From Candidatus Eiseniibacteriota bacterium (GTDB lineage Bacteria > Eisenbacteria > RBG-16-71-46 > SZUA-252): a stretch of 50,582 bases of DNA. How positions within the stretch are numbered: the stretch's first letter is position 1; the number at the start of each line of letters is the position of its first letter. Below are positions 45,841-50,582 of the stretch, piece after piece. The stretch spans positions 1 to 50,582 of the forward strand of contig JANMQV010000039.1 in the NCBI GenBank assembly GCA_031370645.1. The letters run 5' to 3'. The notes beneath the pieces are model-generated. The model was not told the DNA's origin, ran no database searches, and saw nothing but the letters and a program-made list of their open reading frames with translations. The position numbers were made by a program, and so were the translations under genes.

Positions 45841-47439
45841 TTAGTACTGAGTCAGCTCTTCGGCAAACGCGTCGACGCCGACCAGCGTCGAGAGATCGCC
45901 GGTCCAAGGGAGTTCGATCCAGAGCATGGAGCCCCCGTCCGGCGCCGCCCCGGCGCCAACCGTTCCGCCGTGGAGCTCCACGAACCGCTTGGCCAGATGG
46001 AGCCCGAATCCGACTCCGTTCTTCGCGCGCTTCAGTTCGTTCTTCGCCACGACGTCGATCTCGAAGATCTCGCCGGGACTATGCGCCTCGACGGCCGGGC
46101 CCTGGTCGAGGACGGTGATTCTCACGTCGCCGTCTCCAAGTTTGGTGACGATTGTCACGCGGCTCTTCGCCGGCGCGAAGGAGATCGCGTTTCGGAGCAG
46201 GTGGACCATGGAGTGGCGTAGCTTCGCCGTGTCGAGGTGCTGGCTCGGAATCTGGTCGTCGAGCGACGCCTCCAGGGTGATTCCTTTCGCCGACGCCTGA
46301 ACGCAGACTGCCTCGATCGCCTCTTTCACGACATCGTTCACCTGCCCGATCCTAAGTTCGAGCACGTAGCGACCGAGCTCCAGCCGCACGAGATCCAACA
46401 CGTCGTCCACGAGGCCCATCAAACGCTGCGCCTCCGTCCTCAAACGCTCCGAGAACTCCGCGCGCATGGCCGGGGACATTCGCTTGTCGTCTTGGTCGAG
46501 CACTTCCGAATAGGCCACGATGGCGGTGAGCGGCGCCTTCAGTTCCTGGCCCGCCGATTGGATGAACGAATCCTGGAACGGGCCCGCCACGCTCACGTCC
46601 GTCGGAACCAGAGCGCCGGTCACGGCCGCCGCATTCTGACGGAGGGCGGCGGCGCCGCGGGCTCGTTCGATGACGGGGCCGACGCTGTCGGCGAAAAGCT
46701 GCGCCAAGTCGCGATGCTCGGGGCGGAACAGCTCGGCCGATTTGGAGCGGGCTATCTGCAGCACGCCGACGCACCGCTTCTCCGACAAGACCGGAATGAA
46801 GAGGACCGATCCGGTGTCGGGGTGCGCGGCGGCGTACTCGACGAACGCAGGGCGGGGGTCTCCGGCCTCGATGAGGAGCGGTTGGTCGTGCCTCGCGCAC
46901 CAGCCGACGGGTCCCTGTCCGTACGGAACTTCGGGCTGGGGCGGGCGAGCCGCGAGCCCGAAGGAGGCGGCGTCGTGCAGACTTTTCGTCTCGCGGGAGA
47001 GGAGATAGAGGTCAACCTCGTGCGCGTGGAGCGTCGCTCCTACCCGGCGCACCGTGATCTCGATGATCGTCTGGAGCGGAAGTCCCATGTGAAGGCTGTT
47101 GTCGAGCTGGAAGAGCGACGTGAGTTCGGCGAGCCGGCTCCTCGACTGTTCCAGATCGATCTGATCCTGCACCATGCGCCGGCGGAGCCGATTCAACTGC
47201 ACCATACGGTAGACGAGATTCCCTGAGAAGAGCACCGTCAGCGCCACCAGGCCCGCCACCATGCGGAAGCCCCCGTCGGTGTCGAACGCCGCGTCCAACA
47301 GACCGGCGCGGACGAGCGAGAGGAGCAAAAGCGGAATGGTCGCGCTCAGCGCGAGGATCAGGAAGATGGATAGCCCAATGAGCCACCACGTCCTCGAGTC
47401 GAGCTGGGACTGGAGTCGATCCTTCGGCCTGGTCGCCAC
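45841..47439 (-). CDS. Membrane GAF-domain histidine-kinase-like protein lacking the phosphoacceptor His
   Basis: GTG 47439 after GGAG; 2 TM, GAF, degenerate H-box SAGQELKAPL, then LLRNAISF, DQGP and GVGFGL. Confidence 0.85.
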   Translation of the reverse strand: MATRPKDRLQSQLDSRTWWLIGLSIFLILALSATIPLLLLSLVRAGLLDAAFDTDGGFRMVAGLVALTVLFSGNLVYRMVQLNRLRRRMVQDQIDLEQSRSRLAELTSLFQLDNSLHMGLPLQTIIEITVRRVGATLHAHEVDLYLLSRETKSLHDAASFGLAARPPQPEVPYGQGPVGWCARHDQPLLIEAGDPRPAFVEYAAAHPDTGSVLFIPVLSEKRCVGVLQIARSKSAELFRPEHRDLAQLFADSVGPVIERARGAAALRQNAAAVTGALVPTDVSVAGPFQDSFIQSAGQELKAPLTAIVAYSEVLDQDDKRMSPAMRAEFSERLRTEAQRLMGLVDDVLDLVRLELGRYVLELRIGQVNDVVKEAIEAVCVQASAKGITLEASLDDQIPSQHLDTAKLRHSMVHLLRNAISFAPAKSRVTIVTKLGDGDVRITVLDQGPAVEAHSPGEIFEIDVVAKNELKRAKNGVGFGLHLAKRFVELHGGTVGAGAAPDGGSMLWIELPWTGDLSTLVGVDAFAEELTQY

Positions 47440-47598
47440 GTTGTTCTCCCCGGTGTGGCTCGACTGCCGCGGACGCGGCCCGAGCCCTCCAAGTATCGGC
47501 AAGTGGCGCACCAACCTATAGCCCTCCGGCGGGGCGCCGCCGTCGCCCGGGCGTACCCCCTTTCCCTCTGGGGCCGAAGCGGTTAGAGTGTCATCCCC

Positions 47599-49206
47599 AT
47601 GAGCGTTCTGAGGAGCCATCTCAAGACTTCCAGCGAGGAGTTCCGCCGGAACAAGACGCACCACGAGGGGCTGGCCGCGGAGCTACGACGGCGGCTCGAG
47701 AAGGTGCGCGAGGGCGGCTCCGAGCAGGCGGTCTCGCTCCACCGGGGCCGCGGCAAGATGCTGCCGCGAGAGCGCATCGAGCGGCTTCTCGACCCGGAGA
47801 CGCCGTTCCTCGAACTCTCCGCGCTCGCCGCGGGGGGTCTCTACGGAGACGAAGTCCCCTCCGGCGGCATCGTCACGGGAATCGGCCGCGTCATGGGACG
47901 CGAGTGCGTCATCGTGGCGAATGACGCGACCGTGAAGGGCGGCACCTACTACCCGACCACCATCAAGAAGCACATTCGCGCGCAGGAGATCGCGCTCGAG
48001 AACCGCATGCCCGCGATCTACCTCGTCGATTCGGGCGGCGTATTCCTCCCGATGCAGGCGGAGGTCTTCCCCGACAAGGAGCACTTCGGCCGCATTTTCT
48101 ACAATCAGGCCATCATGTCGGCGCAGGGCATTCCCCAGATCGCGGCCGTCCTCGGGATGTGCACCGCCGGCGGCGCGTATGTCCCGGCCATGTCGGACGA
48201 AAACGTGATCGTCCGAGGCACCGGGACCATCTACCTCGCCGGCCCGCCGCTTGTGAAGGCGGCGACGGGGGAAGAGGTCTCGCCCGAAGAGCTGGGAGGC
48301 GCGGAAGTTCACTCTCGCGTAAGCGGCGTGACCGATCACATGGCGGCGAACGAGGACGAGGCGCTCGCGACGGTGCGCGACATCGTGGAGCGGCTCGGCA
48401 CGGTGAAACGCGTGACGCTCGATCTGGCGGAGCCGGAAGAGCCGCTCTATCCGGCCGAGGAACTCTACGGCGTCCTTCCGACCGACACGAAACAGCCCTA
48501 CGATGTGCGTGAGGTGATCGCGCGCGTGGTGGACGGCAGTCGCTTTCACGAATTCAAATCGGAATACGGGATGACGCTCGTCTGCGGCTTCGCGCGCTGG
48601 ATGGGTTACCCGGTGGGCATCGTGGCGAACAACGGCGTGCTTTTCAGCGAGAGTGCGCTCAAGGGCGCGCATTTCGTCCAGCTCTGCTCGCAGCGGCAGA
48701 TCCCGCTTCTCTTTCTTCAGAACATCACCGGTTTTATGGTGGGGAAGCGCTACGAGTCGGGCGGGATCGCGAAGGACGGCGCGAAAATGGTGCAGGCCGT
48801 GGCGACCGCCGAAGTGCCGCGCATCACGCTTCTCATCGGCGCATCGCACGGCGCGGGGAACTATGCCATGTGCGGCCGCGGCTATCGCCCTCGCTTTCTT
48901 CTCAGCTGGCCCAACTCGCGCATCTCGGTCATGGGGGCGGAGCAGGCGGCGTCGGTGCTGGTGCAGGTGAAGCGCGATCAGTTGGCGCGGGACGGCAAAG
49001 AGTTGACGCACGCGGAGGCCGAGGCGATCGCGAAGCCGGTTCTGGAGAAGTACGAGCGGGAGGGGAGCCCCTATTTCGCCACGTCGCACCTCTGGGACGA
49101 CGGCATGATCGACCCCGCCGAGACCCGCGCCGCCGTGGCACTCGCGCTCTCGGCGACGCTCAACGCGCCGGTGACACGGGGACCGTCGCCCGTCTATCGG
49201 ATGTAG
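47599..49206 (+). CDS. liuB: 3-methylcrotonyl-CoA carboxylase beta (carboxyltransferase) subunit
   Basis: [53 protein letters not shown] and [10 protein letters not shown]. Confidence 0.93.
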   Translation: MSVLRSHLKTSSEEFRRNKTHHEGLAAELRRRLEKVREGGSEQAVSLHRGRGKMLPRERIERLLDPETPFLELSALAAGGLYGDEVPSGGIVTGIGRVMGRECVIVANDATVKGGTYYPTTIKKHIRAQEIALENRMPAIYLVDSGGVFLPMQAEVFPDKEHFGRIFYNQAIMSAQGIPQIAAVLGMCTAGGAYVPAMSDENVIVRGTGTIYLAGPPLVKAATGEEVSPEELGGAEVHSRVSGVTDHMAANEDEALATVRDIVERLGTVKRVTLDLAEPEEPLYPAEELYGVLPTDTKQPYDVREVIARVVDGSRFHEFKSEYGMTLVCGFARWMGYPVGIVANNGVLFSESALKGAHFVQLCSQRQIPLLFLQNITGFMVGKRYESGGIAKDGAKMVQAVATAEVPRITLLIGASHGAGNYAMCGRGYRPRFLLSWPNSRISVMGAEQAASVLVQVKRDQLARDGKELTHAEAEAIAKPVLEKYEREGSPYFATSHLWDDGMIDPAETRAAVALALSATLNAPVTRGPSPVYRM

Positions 49207-49211
49207 ACGCC

Positions 49212-50015
49212 ATGGCCTTCACGACAGTTCGCCTCGAACGCGACGACGCCGTCGCCCGATTGACCCTCGCCCGCCCGGACGTTCGAAACGCCTTCGATGA
49301 CGTCCTGATCGGCGAGCTGATCGAGGCGTGCGCCTCCTTGCGCGCCGACGCGTCGGCCGGCGGCGTTTCGGCGCCCCGCGTCGTCGTGCTCACCGGCGAG
49401 GGCTCTGCCTTCTGCGCCGGCGCCGACATGAATTGGATGAAGAAAAGCGTCCAGTTCTCTCGCGAGGAAAACGAGGCCGACGCGCGGCGCTTTGCGGGAA
49501 TGCTCCGCGGTCTCGACGAACTTCCGATTCCGATCATCGCCCGCGTGAACGGCGTTTGCCTCGGCGGAGGGATGGGGCTCATCTCATGCTGCGACATGGT
49601 CGTCGCCCTCGAGGCCGCCGATTTTGGATTCACCGAGGTTCGTCTCGGGATCGCGCCGGCCGTCATCTCGACGTTTGTGTTGCCCAAGATTGGCGCGGCT
49701 GCCGCGCGGCGTTACTTCCTGACGGGCGAGATCTTCAAGGCCGCGGTGGCGAGAGAACTCGGTCTCGTGCATGAGATCGCCTCGGACGAGGCGGCGCTCG
49801 ACGCCGCGGTGGCCCGGTTGATCGAGGCGCTCCGGGGTAACGGACCGAACGCGGTCGCCGCGGCGAAACGCTTGATTCGCGAAGGGCTCGCGCTCTCTCG
49901 CGACGAGTCGATCGAGCGGACCGCCACGCTCATCGCCGGGCTCCGGGCCTCCCCGGAAGGGCAGGAGGGACTCGGAGCCTTCCTCGAGAAGCGCCGCCCG
50001 TCCTGGAAGAAGTGA
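49212..50015 (+). CDS. liuC: Enoyl-CoA hydratase family protein, probable methylglutaconyl-CoA hydratase
   Basis: RPDVRNAFDD, FCAGADMNWM, GGGMGL, EVRLGIAPAVIS and EGQEGLGAFLEKR; lies between the MCC subunits. Confidence 0.85.
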   Translation: MAFTTVRLERDDAVARLTLARPDVRNAFDDVLIGELIEACASLRADASAGGVSAPRVVVLTGEGSAFCAGADMNWMKKSVQFSREENEADARRFAGMLRGLDELPIPIIARVNGVCLGGGMGLISCCDMVVALEAADFGFTEVRLGIAPAVISTFVLPKIGAAAARRYFLTGEIFKAAVARELGLVHEIASDEAALDAAVARLIEALRGNGPNAVAAAKRLIREGLALSRDESIERTATLIAGLRASPEGQEGLGAFLEKRRPSWKK

Positions 50016-50582
50016 CCGCCGCGCTCGCCGATCTCATCCGGCCCTCGACGCCACGCGCCTTTCGAAAAGTCCTCGTGGCGAACCGCGCGGAGATCGCGGT
50101 TCGCGTTTGCCGCACCCTTCGCGAGATGAACATCGCTTCCGTGGCCGTCTACTCCGAAGCCGATCGGGGCGCGCACCACACGAGCGCGGCGGACGAGGCG
50201 ATCTCAATCGGACCGCCCGCTCCCTCCGATTCGTACCTGAATATCGCCGCGCTCCTCGATGCCGCTCGCGCCACCGGAGCCGAGGCGATCCATCCCGGAT
50301 ACGGCTTTCTCTCCCAGAGCGCTACGTTCGCGCGAGCCTGCGCCGAGGCCGGCGTCGTCTTCATCGGCCCCTCCCCGGAGAGCATGGAACTCCTGGGCGA
50401 CAAAGCCTCCTCGCGACGCGCGGCTCAGCGTTCGGGCGTTCCGACCATTCCCGGAGTCGAAGGCGTGGCGCGAGTGGAGGATGCGCTCCGGGAGGCGAAG
50501 ACGATCGGGTATCCGGTCCTGCTCAAGGCGGTTGGCGGCGGAGGGGGCCGCGGAATGCGCCGCGCCGGAGACGCCGCGGAAC
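50012..50582 (+). CDS. liuD: Biotin carboxylase subunit (probable MCC alpha), 3'-truncated
   Basis: GTGA overlap; my translation gives FRKVLVANRAEIAVRV..AIHPGYGFLS..FIGPSP..GYPVLLKAVGGGGGRGMR. Absent from the ORF track because it has no stop in the window. Confidence 0.88.
   Translation, partial: MTAALADLIRPSTPRAFRKVLVANRAEIAVRVCRTLREMNIASVAVYSEADRGAHHTSAADEAISIGPPAPSDSYLNIAALLDAARATGAEAIHPGYGFLSQSATFARACAEAGVVFIGPSPESMELLGDKASSRRAAQRSGVPTIPGVEGVARVEDALREAKTIGYPVLLKAVGGGGGRGMRRAGDAAE

Overview
GC-rich, gene-dense bacterial chromosomal window with about 48 protein-coding genes. No rRNA, tRNA, CRISPR array, transposase or prophage gene was recognised. A secreted PKD-repeat protein with a C-terminal FlgD-Ig-type domain suggests an FCB-related lineage, possibly Candidatus Eisenbacteria (inference only). 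Recognisable genes: proline dehydrogenase, typA, ettA, a leucine-catabolism liuB-liuC-liuD operon running off the right end, an ECF sigma/ZAS anti-sigma/DUF4097 operon, an M16 peptidase pair, S9 and M50 peptidases, two SPFH proteins, two EamA transporters and several regulators. The most interesting signals are: (1) a sigma-54 module at 16.0-20.2 kb with two near-identical -24/-12 promoters, each with an IHF-like site at the same offset. One promoter drives a CBS gene; the other drives an apparently non-coding, hairpin-rich RNA with three CAGGGA repeats. Next to them lie a PAS kinase/NtrC-type activator pair and a start-less pseudo-receiver frame. (2) A circularly permuted thioredoxin-reductase-like flavoprotein fused to a NapH-type membrane Fe-S domain, heading a methyltransferase/TSUP/cytochrome c operon and lying next to a wHTH operator. 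(3) A Balon-like (baeRF3) ribosome factor co-transcribed with a CDGSH Fe-S protein and divergent from ettA. (4) A cytokinin-dehydrogenase-like flavoenzyme with an altered catalytic residue, coupled to an SCP2 protein. (5) A histidine pseudokinase lacking its phosphoacceptor His. All family assignments come from motif recognition by eye, not from database searches.
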